A stretch of 40,484 nt of DNA from an uncultured Clostridia bacterium. Lineage in GTDB: Bacteria > Bacillota > Clostridia > Oscillospirales > Oscillospiraceae. Below, piece after piece: positions 25,276 through 34,395 of this stretch. The stretch covers positions 1-40,484 of the forward strand of contig CAMEWZ010000001.1 in NCBI GenBank assembly GCA_945946745.1. Direction: 5' to 3'. Below the pieces are notes generated by a model that did no database searches, was not told where the DNA came from, and was given only the letters and a program-made list of their open reading frames with translations. Each line of letters opens with the position of its first letter. The first letter of the stretch is position 1. Made by a program: the position numbers and the translations under genes.

Positions 25276-25962
25276 ATGATACAATTTACGGATGTAATAA
25301 AATCCTATGCGCAGGGCAACAAGGCGCTCAACGGCGTTTCCATGCAGATCGAGGATGGCGAGTTCTGCTTTTTGATCGGGCCGTCCGGTTCCGGTAAATC
25401 CACCATCATCAAGCTGATCACCGGCGAGCTGAAGCCCACCTCCGGCGCGGTGCATGTCAACGGTTATTCCCTGGAGCGGATCCGCAAGCGGGAAATCCCG
25501 TATTTGCGCCGAACCGTTGGCGTGGTGTTCCAGGATTACCGCTTGATCGACAAAATGACCGTCTACGAGAACGTGGCCTTCGCCATGCGGGTGGTGGGCG
25601 CCAAGGAGAAGGAGATCAAGGAACGGGTTCCCTATGTGCTGGAGCTGGTGGGCCTGGAGGGCAAAATGAACCGCCATCCCACCGAGATGTCCGGTGGCGA
25701 GCAGCAGCGTCTTGCCATCGCCCGGGCGTTGGTGAACAACCCCTCCACCATCATTGCCGACGAGCCTACCGGCAACCTGGATCCCGAGCGCTCCTTTGAA
25801 ATTATGGCGCTGCTCCAGGAGATCAACAATCTGGGCACCACCATGCTGGTGGTTACCCACGACCAGAATCTGGTCAAGCTGTTCCACAAGCGCACCATCG
25901 CCATTGACGATGGCCTTGTGGTGAACGACGGATTGGAGGACGAAAGCAATGAAGCTGAATAA
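25276..25962 (+). CDS. ftsE: Cell division ABC ATPase
   Basis: GPSGSGKST, IPYLRR, VFQDYRL, SGGEQQR, ADEPTGNLD. Confidence 0.95.
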   Translation: MIQFTDVIKSYAQGNKALNGVSMQIEDGEFCFLIGPSGSGKSTIIKLITGELKPTSGAVHVNGYSLERIRKREIPYLRRTVGVVFQDYRLIDKMTVYENVAFAMRVVGAKEKEIKERVPYVLELVGLEGKMNRHPTEMSGGEQQRLAIARALVNNPSTIIADEPTGNLDPERSFEIMALLQEINNLGTTMLVVTHDQNLVKLFHKRTIAIDDGLVVNDGLEDESNEAE

Positions 25963-26836
25963 TCTGGGATACCTGTTCAAAGAGGGCTTTCGGGGTATTT
26001 TTCTCCACGGATTTATGTCCTTCGCTGCTGTGTGCGTCACGGTGGCCTGTCTGGTCATCGTGGGCAGCTTCTCCGCTCTGGCCTATAACCTGGACGTGAT
26101 GGTGCAGGAGCTGAACCAGACCAGTGAGATCCTGGTCTACATAGACAGCGACCTGTCCGATGCCGAGGCTCGGAGCATCGGCACCAAGATCAATATGCTG
26201 GACAACGTGCTTCAGGCACGGTTCGTCTCCCGGGAGGAGGCGCTGGAGGATTTCATCGCCGACCATGACGGCGACAGCGCCTTCAGCGGCGTGCAGGCCT
26301 CTGACCTGCGCCACCGGTATGTGGTCACCCTGGAGGACAACACCAAGATGAAGCAGACCGACGAGCAGCTCAAGCAGCTGCCCGGCGTGGCCAAGACCAA
26401 CGCCGCCTATGAGCTGGCGGAGGGCTTCTCCACCATCCAGGACGTGCTGCACATCGTCTCCATCGCCGTCATCGCGGTGCTGCTGGTGGTGTCGCTGCTG
26501 ATTATTTCCAACACCGTCAAGCTGGCCATGTATGACCGCAAGGACGAGATCGCCATTATGAAAATGGTGGGCGCCACCAACGGCTTCATCCGGCTGCCCT
26601 TCGTGGTGGAGGGCTTTACACTGGGCATGATGGGCGCGATTCTGGCCTTCGGCCTGGAGTGGATGGGCTACGACGCGCTGATCCAGAAGGTTGCCTCGGT
26701 GGATGCTTTGCAGCTGTTCCACTTCGTGCCCTTCCAGGAGCTGCTGCTGCCCATGGTGGCGGTGTTTGGCGCGGCCGGCATGTTTGTCGGTATCGTGGGT
26801 AGCTGGACGTCCATCCGGAAGTTCTTGGACGTGTAA
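25949..26836 (+). CDS. ftsX: Cell division permease
   Basis: FVSREEAL, ISNTVKL, EIAIMKMVGATNGFIRLPF. Confidence 0.95.
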   Translation: MKLNNLGYLFKEGFRGIFLHGFMSFAAVCVTVACLVIVGSFSALAYNLDVMVQELNQTSEILVYIDSDLSDAEARSIGTKINMLDNVLQARFVSREEALEDFIADHDGDSAFSGVQASDLRHRYVVTLEDNTKMKQTDEQLKQLPGVAKTNAAYELAEGFSTIQDVLHIVSIAVIAVLLVVSLLIISNTVKLAMYDRKDEIAIMKMVGATNGFIRLPFVVEGFTLGMMGAILAFGLEWMGYDALIQKVASVDALQLFHFVPFQELLLPMVAVFGAAGMFVGIVGSWTSIRKFLDV

Positions 26837-26921
26837 TGTGCGCACTTCCTGCCGGGGCGTTTCCCGGGAAATTTGGATCCGGGATTGACCGGGCATATTC
26901 TAAGTAAGGACCCATTCGACT

Positions 26922-28139
26922 ATGCATAGAAACAGACAAGCAAACCGCATCCTCTCCGCTCTGCTGGCCTTGGCGCTGACCGTCACCGCTCTGCCCATGA
27001 GCGCCCAGGCGGCTTCCTCCTCGGAGATTCAGAAGGAGATCGATGCCTTGGAAGAAAAAAACGCCGCCATTCAGAAGGAGATCAACGCCATCCAGCGCCA
27101 GTATGACGCCAACTACAGCGACATGCAGGCCCTGGTGGAGCAAAAAAGCGCCATTGACCAGGAAATGACCCTTCTAAGCGACAAAATCGAAACCACCAAT
27201 CAGCAGATTTCCGCTTACAGCCAACTCATCGCCGACACCCAGGAGGAACTGGACAAGGCCAAGGAGGAGCTGCGGGAATTAAGCGAGCAGCACCGGGAGC
27301 GGGTGCGGGTGATGGAGGAGAAGGGTAACTTGACCTACTGGCAGGTTATCTTTGAGGCCAACAGCTTCACCGACCTGTTAGACCGGCTGACTATGGTGGA
27401 GGAGATCAACGCGGCCGACCGGCGGCGCATTGAGCAGATGCGCATCGCGGCGGACATCGTCAGCGCGACGCAGATGAACCTGGAAAGCGAAAAGTCCAGC
27501 CTGGAGGAAACCCGGGTTCAGCTGGCGGCCGACGAGGAGACCCTGGCGCAGAAACGCTCCGAGTCCGATGAGTTGCTCCATGAGCTGGAGAAGAAGGCGG
27601 AGGAATACGAGCTGCTCATGGCCGAGTCGGAAGTGCTCCAGGACGAACTGATGCAGGAGATTGCCGCCAAGGAGAAGGAGTTGGAGGAGGCCAAGTACGA
27701 CGAGTACCTGGCAAAGCTGGCTCTCCAGGGGGAGAATCCCCCTTCCAATGCCACCTGGGTGACCCCGGTGTCCGGCTGGAAGCTGACCAGCCCCTTTGGA
27801 ATGCGGGTGCATCCGGTGCTGGGAACCCAGCGGATGCACAGCGGCATCGACATGGCCTGCGCCCAGGGAACCCCCATTTACGCCACCCGGGCCGGTAAGG
27901 TCACCAGGGCTTCCTACCAGGCAGGCGGCGCCGGCAACTATGTGAGCATCAACCATCTGGATGGCTTTGCCTCCATTTACATGCATATGACCCATTATGT
28001 TGTCTCCGCGGGGCAGACCGTGTCCCAGGGACAGCTGATCGGCTATGTGGGCAGCACCGGCCTGTCCACCGGCCCCCATCTGCATTTTGGCATTTCCTAC
28101 GCCGGTACTTACGTGAACCCTCTGGCATACATCACTTGA
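26922..28139 (+). CDS. Coiled-coil M23 peptidoglycan endopeptidase, paralog 1
   Basis: Signal peptide, coiled coil, HSGID, YMHM, STGPHLHF. Confidence 0.9.
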   Translation: MHRNRQANRILSALLALALTVTALPMSAQAASSSEIQKEIDALEEKNAAIQKEINAIQRQYDANYSDMQALVEQKSAIDQEMTLLSDKIETTNQQISAYSQLIADTQEELDKAKEELRELSEQHRERVRVMEEKGNLTYWQVIFEANSFTDLLDRLTMVEEINAADRRRIEQMRIAADIVSATQMNLESEKSSLEETRVQLAADEETLAQKRSESDELLHELEKKAEEYELLMAESEVLQDELMQEIAAKEKELEEAKYDEYLAKLALQGENPPSNATWVTPVSGWKLTSPFGMRVHPVLGTQRMHSGIDMACAQGTPIYATRAGKVTRASYQAGGAGNYVSINHLDGFASIYMHMTHYVVSAGQTVSQGQLIGYVGSTGLSTGPHLHFGISYAGTYVNPLAYIT

Positions 28140-28180
28140 TTGGACGTATGCCGCCCCCCCATGCTGCAAAGGAGTATTCT

Positions 28181-29464
28181 ATGAACAATCGCAAACGTAT
28201 GGTGTCCATTCTGGCGGGAATTATGGCGGCGGTGATGCTGCTGACGCTGATTTTGGGCTTGCTGCCCACCCGGGCCAGCGCCGCCTCCTCCAGCGAGATC
28301 CGCAAGCAGATCAATGCTTTGAAGGAAGAAAAGAAGCAGATTCAGGAGAAGATTGCGGAGGTCAAGGATCAGTACAAGGCAAACGAAAATGAAATCGCGG
28401 ACATCATCGCCAAGAAAAGCGTGATTGACCAGGAAGTCCAACTGCTAAACACCCAGATCACCAACATCAACGACCAGATCAAGGCGTACAACGTTTTGAT
28501 CGCGGACAAGCAGGACGAGCTGGACAATGCCGAGGGCCGCTACGCCACCCTCAACGAGGAAAACAAGGTGCGGGTGCGCACCATGGAGGAGGAGGGGGAG
28601 CTGTCCTACTGGGAGGTTCTGTTCCGGGCCAACAGCTTCTCGGATCTGCTGGATCGTCTGAACATGGTGGAGGAGATCAACGCCTCCGATAAGCGCCGCT
28701 TGAAGGAATTGGGCGAGGCCGCCGACAATGTGGTGCAGGCCCAGAGTGAATTGGAAACGGAAAAGGCCGACCTGGAATCGGCCAAGCAGGAGCTGGACGA
28801 TACCCAGGCGGAATTGGATGCCAAGCGCCAGGAGGCGGATGACTTGATCCAGGAGCTGCTGGAAAAGGCGGACGACCTGGAGGCTCTGGAGCTGGAGTTC
28901 AAGGCCATGGACGAGGAATTCCTAAAACAGATTGCCCAGAAGGAAGTGGAATTCAGCGCCGCCAAGCAGGCGGAGTGGGAGGCCTACATGGCCACCTATG
29001 TCCCGCCCACCACAGTGGCTCCCGGCACCCCCGCGGATGTGGGTGGCGGCGGCTCCGGTGGCTCCGGCGGTGGCGGCGGATGGGTGGTGCCTTGCAGCTA
29101 TACCTCCATCACTTCCCCCTTCGGCTACCGGACGGCACCTACCTCCGGCGCGTCTACTTACCACCAGGGCGTTGACCTGGATACCGGCACCGGCTGGCCT
29201 GTGGTGGCTGCCCGGGCGGGTGTGGTGATCGCCGCGGGCTATAACGGCTCTGCGGGTAACTACGTCAAGATCGATCACCGGGATGGCTTTACCTCCATTT
29301 ACATGCATTTGAACAGCTTCAGTGTTAGCGCGGGACAGATCGTCAGCGCCGGGCAGAACATCGGCACCACCGGCGCCACCGGAACGGCTACCGGCGACCA
29401 TCTGCATTTCGGCATCACGCTGAACGGTGTGTATGTCAATCCCTGCAACTACGTGGCGCTATAA
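28181..29464 (+). CDS. Coiled-coil M23 peptidoglycan endopeptidase, paralog 2
   Basis: Signal peptide, coiled coil, Gly-rich linker, HQGVD, YMHL, TGDHLHF; ATG 28181 with AAGGAG. Confidence 0.9.
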   Translation: MNNRKRMVSILAGIMAAVMLLTLILGLLPTRASAASSSEIRKQINALKEEKKQIQEKIAEVKDQYKANENEIADIIAKKSVIDQEVQLLNTQITNINDQIKAYNVLIADKQDELDNAEGRYATLNEENKVRVRTMEEEGELSYWEVLFRANSFSDLLDRLNMVEEINASDKRRLKELGEAADNVVQAQSELETEKADLESAKQELDDTQAELDAKRQEADDLIQELLEKADDLEALELEFKAMDEEFLKQIAQKEVEFSAAKQAEWEAYMATYVPPTTVAPGTPADVGGGGSGGSGGGGGWVVPCSYTSITSPFGYRTAPTSGASTYHQGVDLDTGTGWPVVAARAGVVIAAGYNGSAGNYVKIDHRDGFTSIYMHLNSFSVSAGQIVSAGQNIGTTGATGTATGDHLHFGITLNGVYVNPCNYVAL

Positions 29465-29471
29465 CGACATT

Positions 29472-29499
29472 TTCCCACAGCCCTCCGGGGCTGTGGGAA
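29472..29499 (+). terminator. Intergenic hairpin (attenuator or stability element)
   Basis: TTCCCACAGCCC-TCCG-GGGCTGTGGGAA, weak U-tract. Confidence 0.5.
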
Positions 29500-29519
29500 T
29501 CCTTGCTTGAGGTGGTTTT

Positions 29520-30668
29520 GTGAAACAGAAACTGTATGTATTCGGTTCCTATGTGCTGGTGGCGGCGCTGGCCGTGGCAGCGACCTTGGGAGCGGTGGGA
29601 TTTACCCAGCGGCAGCAAAGCTCCAAGTTGGATGACTTGGAATCGCTGATTGGGGAATGCTTTGTGGGAGAGGCGGATCTGACAGAGCTGGAGGATGCCG
29701 CCGCCAATGCCATGATTCAAGCCACCGGCGACCGGTGGAGCTACTACATTCCCGCCAGCAGCTATGAGACCCATATGGAGCAGGTGAAGAACGCCTTTGT
29801 GGGCGTGGGCATCACTATCCAGCAGGCAGAGGAAGGCTTCCTGGTGGTGGAGGTCAACCCGGACGGCCCCGGCCAGGAGGCGGGAATTCTGGCGGGGGAT
29901 CTCTTAATCGCCGTGTCAGATCAAGACGTTCGGGAAATGACCATGGCCGAGGTGCGGAATCTGGTGCGGGGGGAGGAGGGCAGTGAAGTGTCCATGACTC
30001 TGCTTCGGGAGGGGCAGGAGCTGACCCTTTCCGTCCAGCGGCGGCGCATTCAGACGGAGGTTGCCAAGGGGCAGCTGCTGGAGGACGGCGTGGGCTTGGT
30101 GACCATTGCCAATTTTGACGAGCGCTGCGCCGATGAGACCATCGCCGCCATTGAGGGGTTGCTTGCCCAGAGAGCGGAAAAGCTGATTTTTGACGTGCGG
30201 AATAACCCCGGCGGCTACGCCAGCGAGATGGTAGAGGTGCTGGATTACCTGTTGCCGGAGGGGGATTTGTTCCGTACGGTGCGCTATGACGGCAAGGAGC
30301 AGGTGGATCGTTCCGACGAAAAATGCCTGGATTTGCCCATGGCAGTGCTGGTAAATGGGGATTCCTACTCCGCCGCGGAGTTTTTTGCCGCCGCCCTCAG
30401 CGAATATGAGGCTGCCGTGGTGGTGGGGGAGAAGACCTGCGGCAAGGGATACTTCCAGAATACCTACCGCTTCGACGATGGCTCCGCTGTGGCGCTGTCT
30501 GTTGGGAAATACTATACGCCCAAGGGAGTCAGTCTGGCGGAGGTAGGCATTACCCCGGACGTGCCGGCAGAGGTGGACGAGGCTACCGCCCAGGCCATCC
30601 GCTACGGCAATCTACCCTGGCAGGAGGATCCCCAGATCCAGGCAGCGATGGAAGCGCTGTCCGCGTGA
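29520..30668 (+). CDS. S41 carboxyl-terminal processing protease (CtpA/CtpB-like)
   Basis: PDZ GVGI, DVRNNPGG, SYSAAE, GEKTCGKG, YYTPKG, GITPD; GTG start. Confidence 0.92.
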   Translation: MKQKLYVFGSYVLVAALAVAATLGAVGFTQRQQSSKLDDLESLIGECFVGEADLTELEDAAANAMIQATGDRWSYYIPASSYETHMEQVKNAFVGVGITIQQAEEGFLVVEVNPDGPGQEAGILAGDLLIAVSDQDVREMTMAEVRNLVRGEEGSEVSMTLLREGQELTLSVQRRRIQTEVAKGQLLEDGVGLVTIANFDERCADETIAAIEGLLAQRAEKLIFDVRNNPGGYASEMVEVLDYLLPEGDLFRTVRYDGKEQVDRSDEKCLDLPMAVLVNGDSYSAAEFFAAALSEYEAAVVVGEKTCGKGYFQNTYRFDDGSAVALSVGKYYTPKGVSLAEVGITPDVPAEVDEATAQAIRYGNLPWQEDPQIQAAMEALSA

Positions 30669-30689
30669 GTTACCAGGGGAAAAAGGGGA

Positions 30690-30718
30690 TTGCGCGGTGC
30701 AAGAATGTGTGATATGAT
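30690..30718 (+). promoter_or_regulatory. sigmaA promoter upstream of the REP doublet
   Basis: TTGCGC-17bp-TATGAT with TG extension. Confidence 0.55.
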
Positions 30719-30787
30719 ATTTCCATATAATATGCTTATTGGCTTTCATCAGAAACATTGTTCTTTCGCTGATTAACAGGCATCCTT

Positions 30788-30875
30788 GTAGGGCTTATCT
30801 GCCCTCAGCCCGCCGTTCCGCTGTAATGTGGTAACAATGCTTCGCAGGCGGCGGCTTGAGGGCAAGCCGCCCTAC
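30788..30875. repeat. GTAG-family REP doublet (REPIN-like inverted pair)
   Basis: Minus 30875-30850 GTAG-GGCGGCTTG-CCCT-CAAGCCGCC (perfect palindrome); plus 30788-30814 GTAG-GGCTTATCTG-CCCT-CAGCCCGCC (degenerate). Confidence 0.7.
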
Positions 30876-30904
30876 GGTGGGTGTTCGTCAACTAAGTTCT
30901 CCTT

Positions 30905-30933
30905 TTGCGAAGGAAAACGGATAGGCATATGAT
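30905..30933 (+). promoter_or_regulatory. sigmaA promoter of the cobalamin operon
   Basis: TTGCGA-17bp-TATGAT, ending 7 nt before riboswitch P1. Confidence 0.7.
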
Positions 30934-30940
30934 ATTACTC

Positions 30941-31115
30941 CTGTCAAGGTATTTTGGAATGGGAAAATCCCAACGGTACCAAGCCGCCGTAGACGGACAT
31001 TTTTCAGCCGCCGGAAGTCATTGGAGCAATCCGAGAAGGCTTTCCGCACAGATGCGTCCGGAGTCGGAATACAGGCCTTGATGGAACGCGCCAGACTCTT
31101 GGGGACGGTCGGGCG
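30941..31115 (+). ncRNA. Cobalamin riboswitch
   Basis: P1 CTGTCAAGGT/GCCTTGATGG, GCCGCCGTA, GTCATTG..GAGAAGGC, B12-box-like GAGTCGGAATAC, L5/L13 complementarity; upstream of cob genes. Confidence 0.85.
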
Positions 31116-31158
31116 GTTGCGGTTTGTCTGGAACGATGGCGTTTTGCTGCGTTGTCCC

Positions 31159-31187
31159 AAAGTCCCCGAAAGGGGACTTTTTTGTTT
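31159..31187 (+). terminator. Riboswitch expression-platform terminator
   Basis: AAAGTCCCC-GAAA-GGGGACTTT-TTTGTTT immediately before the ATG. Confidence 0.85.
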
Positions 31188-32057
31188 ATGCAAAGGGATG
31201 CATTTTCCCAGTGCCACCCGCTGACCAATTTTTTGTACTTTCTGGGGGTCATTGGATTTTCCGTGGTGATTCAGCACCCTGCGTACCTGTCGGCGGGAGC
31301 TGTGGGAGCGGCGGTTTACAGCCTCCTGCTCTATGGCCGTCCGGGCTGGGGCCGGATTTTGGGGCTGGTGCCCCTGTTCGTGGTGCTGTCCGGGCTGAAC
31401 CCGCTGTTCAACCATTATGGGCAGGGGGTGCTTTTTACGGTGTTCGGAAAGCCCTATACCTGGGAGGCCCTGGCTTACGGCATGACCATCGCCGGTATGT
31501 TTGTGGTGATGCTGCTGTGGTTTGGCTGCTACAGCCGGGTGCTCACCAGCGATAAGTTCATCTGCCTGTTCGGCAGGCTGATCCCCGCGCTGTCGCTGCT
31601 GCTGGTGATGATTCTGCGGCTGATTCCCAGCCTGACCCGGAAGGCCCGGCAGATCGCCGGGGCCAGAATGTGCATTGGCAAGGGCGTGGCCGAGGGTGCC
31701 TCCTGGAAGGAGAAGATCTCGGCAGGGATGCATGTGCTCTCCGCCCTTACCGACTGGGCGCTGGAGGGGAGCATTGTTACCGCCGATTCCATGCGGGCCA
31801 GGGGCTACGGCGGGATAAGACGCACCAGCTTTCAGATCTACCGCTTGACCGGACGGGACATCGGTCTCATCGCCTGGATGGCGGTGCTGGCCGCCGGGGT
31901 GATCGGGGCCGGCGGCACCGGGGCGGCCTTTACCCCGGTACTGCGGATTGACCGGCCAACCTGGGGACTGGCCGCGTACTGCCTGTTTTTGCTGATCCCC
32001 CCGGCAATGCAACTAAAGGAGGCCGTTCAATGGCGCATTTCCATATCCAGAATCTGA
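31188..32057 (+). CDS. ECF transporter T component
   Basis: HPLTNF, NPLFNHYG, LRLIP, ADSMRARGY; ATG 31188. Confidence 0.9.
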   Translation: MQRDAFSQCHPLTNFLYFLGVIGFSVVIQHPAYLSAGAVGAAVYSLLLYGRPGWGRILGLVPLFVVLSGLNPLFNHYGQGVLFTVFGKPYTWEALAYGMTIAGMFVVMLLWFGCYSRVLTSDKFICLFGRLIPALSLLLVMILRLIPSLTRKARQIAGARMCIGKGVAEGASWKEKISAGMHVLSALTDWALEGSIVTADSMRARGYGGIRRTSFQIYRLTGRDIGLIAWMAVLAAGVIGAGGTGAAFTPVLRIDRPTWGLAAYCLFLLIPPAMQLKEAVQWRISISRI

Positions 32058-33691
32058 CCTTTTCCTACCCCAATGCCCAGCATCGCACCCTGGACGGGGT
32101 GGATTTGACCGTGGAAAAGGGCGAATATGTGGTGCTCTGCGGCAAAAGCGGCAGCGGCAAAACCACCCTCCTGCGCCACCTTAAATCGGTGCTGACCCCC
32201 TATGGCAGCCGCAGCGGCGCCGTATTGCTGGACGGCCAGCCCCTGGAGCAGGTCAGCCAGCACGACCAGGCCCGGAGGATCGGCTTCGTCATGCAGTCGC
32301 CGGAGGATCAGATCGTCACCGACAAGGTCTGGCACGAGCTGGCCTTCGGCCTGGAGAGCCTGGGGGAGGATCCAAAGGCCATGCGCCTGCGGGTGGCGGA
32401 AATGGCCTGCTATTTCGGTATCCAGGATTGGTTCCACCGGGATGTGGAGACCCTCTCCGGCGGACAAAAGCAGCTGCTGAATCTGGCGTCCATTATGGCG
32501 ATGCACCCAGAGGTTCTGATCCTGGACGAGCCAACCAGCCAATTGGATCCCATCGCCGCTTCGGATTTTTTGAACACCGTTCGGAAGATCAACCTGGAGC
32601 TGGGCACCACCGTCATCCTCACGGAGCACCGGCTGGAGGACATCTTCCCCTATGCCGACCGGGTGGTGATGCTGGAAGACGGCCGCGTTACCGCCAACGG
32701 CAGCCCCCGCCAGGTGGCGCAGCTGCTGTGGCGGCAGGAAAGCCAGCTGTTCGCCGCCCTGCCCACACCCGCCCGGGTGTTCTACGGCGCCGGGGGAGAG
32801 GGGACGTGTCCCATGACCGTCCGGGAGGGCCGGGGCTGGCTGACCGGAGCGCTGGAAAACCGGCCCATCACTGTGAACGAGCCGGAATCGGCGCCCACTC
32901 TGCCGGAGACGGGTGACCCGGCGCTGTGCTTGCGGCAGGTGTGGTTCCGGTATGAAAAGGACAGCCCGGATGTCCTTCGGGGGGTGGAGCTGACCGTTCC
33001 CCGGGGATGCATTTTCGCCATCGTCGGCGGCAACGGCGCGGGAAAAACCACCACCCTAAAGGCCGCCTGCGGCATTTGCAAGCCTTACCGGGGGCAGGTG
33101 GAGATTTTCGGGAAACCGCTGAAGCGCTACCGCCCCGGGGAGCTGTACCGGGGCTGCGCCGCCATGCTGCCCCAGGATCCCAAAAGCCTGTTTGTGGGGA
33201 AAACCCTCCGGGAGGATCTGGAGGAAATGTGCCGGGATTCGGAACAAATCCAGACTGTGGCCCAGACTTGTGCCGTTGCCGGACTGCTGGACAGCCACCC
33301 TTACGACCTGTCCGGCGGCGAGCAGCAGCGCGCCGCTCTGGCCAAGGTGCTGCTGACCCAGCCCAGGCTTCTGTTCCTGGACGAGCCGACCAAGGGCATG
33401 GACTGCTTCTTTAAAGGAAAATTCGCCAAAATCCTGCAAACGCTGAAGTCCCGGGGCATGACGCTGGTGTTGGTATCTCACGATGTGGAATTCTGCGCGG
33501 AATATGCCGATCTGGTGAGTATGTTCTTTGACGGCCAGATCGTAACCACGGACACGCCCCGGCGCTTCTTTGGACAGAACAGCTTCTATACCACCGCCGC
33601 CAACCGGATGAGCCGGTGCGTCTTCCGCAACGCGGTGACTGCTGACGAGGTGACGGCGCTGTACCGGAAAAACAGGGGGGACGGACAATGA
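32030..33691 (+). CDS. ECF transporter double-domain ATPase
   Basis: Two Walker A motifs (GKSGSGKTT, GGNGAGKTT), LSGGQKQ, LSGGEQQ, DEPT twice. Confidence 0.93.
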   Translation: MAHFHIQNLTFSYPNAQHRTLDGVDLTVEKGEYVVLCGKSGSGKTTLLRHLKSVLTPYGSRSGAVLLDGQPLEQVSQHDQARRIGFVMQSPEDQIVTDKVWHELAFGLESLGEDPKAMRLRVAEMACYFGIQDWFHRDVETLSGGQKQLLNLASIMAMHPEVLILDEPTSQLDPIAASDFLNTVRKINLELGTTVILTEHRLEDIFPYADRVVMLEDGRVTANGSPRQVAQLLWRQESQLFAALPTPARVFYGAGGEGTCPMTVREGRGWLTGALENRPITVNEPESAPTLPETGDPALCLRQVWFRYEKDSPDVLRGVELTVPRGCIFAIVGGNGAGKTTTLKAACGICKPYRGQVEIFGKPLKRYRPGELYRGCAAMLPQDPKSLFVGKTLREDLEEMCRDSEQIQTVAQTCAVAGLLDSHPYDLSGGEQQRAALAKVLLTQPRLLFLDEPTKGMDCFFKGKFAKILQTLKSRGMTLVLVSHDVEFCAEYADLVSMFFDGQIVTTDTPRRFFGQNSFYTTAANRMSRCVFRNAVTADEVTALYRKNRGDGQ

Positions 33692-34392
33692 GAAAATCCA
33701 CCCTGGCCAGCCTGGCTGTGATTCTGGTACTGATCCCGCTGACCCTGTTTCTGGGGACCAGGCTCCATGGCCGGTGGTATTACCTCACCAGCACGCTGAT
33801 GATCGTGGAAACCATGGTGCCTTTCTTCCTGGCCTTTGAGACTCGAAAGCCCCAGGCCCGGGAACTGGTGACCCTGGCGGTGCTGTGCGCCCTGGCGGTA
33901 GTTTCCCGGGTGGCTGTGCTGATTCCCAATTTCAAGCCCATGACCGCTATTTTGATAATAACCGGCATTGCCCTGGGGGCGGAGTCCGGCTTTGTCTGCG
34001 GCGCGGTGGGGGCTTTTGCCAGCAATTTCTTTTTCAGCCAGGGGCCGTGGACGCCCTGGCAGATGATGGCCTACGGCCTGGCGGGATTCCTGGCTGGAGC
34101 GCTGTTCCACCGGCGCTTTCCGGTGCGCAATCCCGTGGCGCTGGCGGTGTTTGGCTTTGGACTGATCGTTGTGGTGATCGGGCCGCTGCTGGACTGCTGC
34201 ACCCTGTTTACCGTCAGCACCCGGCTTTCCTGGAAGTACGCGGCAACGGTGTTTGGCGCGGGACTGCCGTACAATTTGCAGCACGGCCTGGCTTGCGGCG
34301 TGACACTGCTGCTGTTCAGCCGTCCTCTGCTGGAAAAGCTTGACCGGCTGAAAACAAAATATGGCATGATGGATGCCCGTCGGGAGGAATGA
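33688..34392 (+). CDS. ECF S component, CbrT-like (cobamide uptake)
   Basis: PNFKP, SNFFFSQGPWTPWQM; under the B12 riboswitch. Confidence 0.8.
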   Translation: MRKSTLASLAVILVLIPLTLFLGTRLHGRWYYLTSTLMIVETMVPFFLAFETRKPQARELVTLAVLCALAVVSRVAVLIPNFKPMTAILIITGIALGAESGFVCGAVGAFASNFFFSQGPWTPWQMMAYGLAGFLAGALFHRRFPVRNPVALAVFGFGLIVVVIGPLLDCCTLFTVSTRLSWKYAATVFGAGLPYNLQHGLACGVTLLLFSRPLLEKLDRLKTKYGMMDARREE

Positions 34393-34395
34393 GAG

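Noticed and set aside
30732-30776. 14-aa ORF MLIGFHQKHCSFAD
   Set aside because: No RBS and no recognisable features; needs ribosome profiling
30725-30905. 6S RNA
   Set aside because: No large central bubble between two long stems; the GTAG-palindrome doublet explains the structure better
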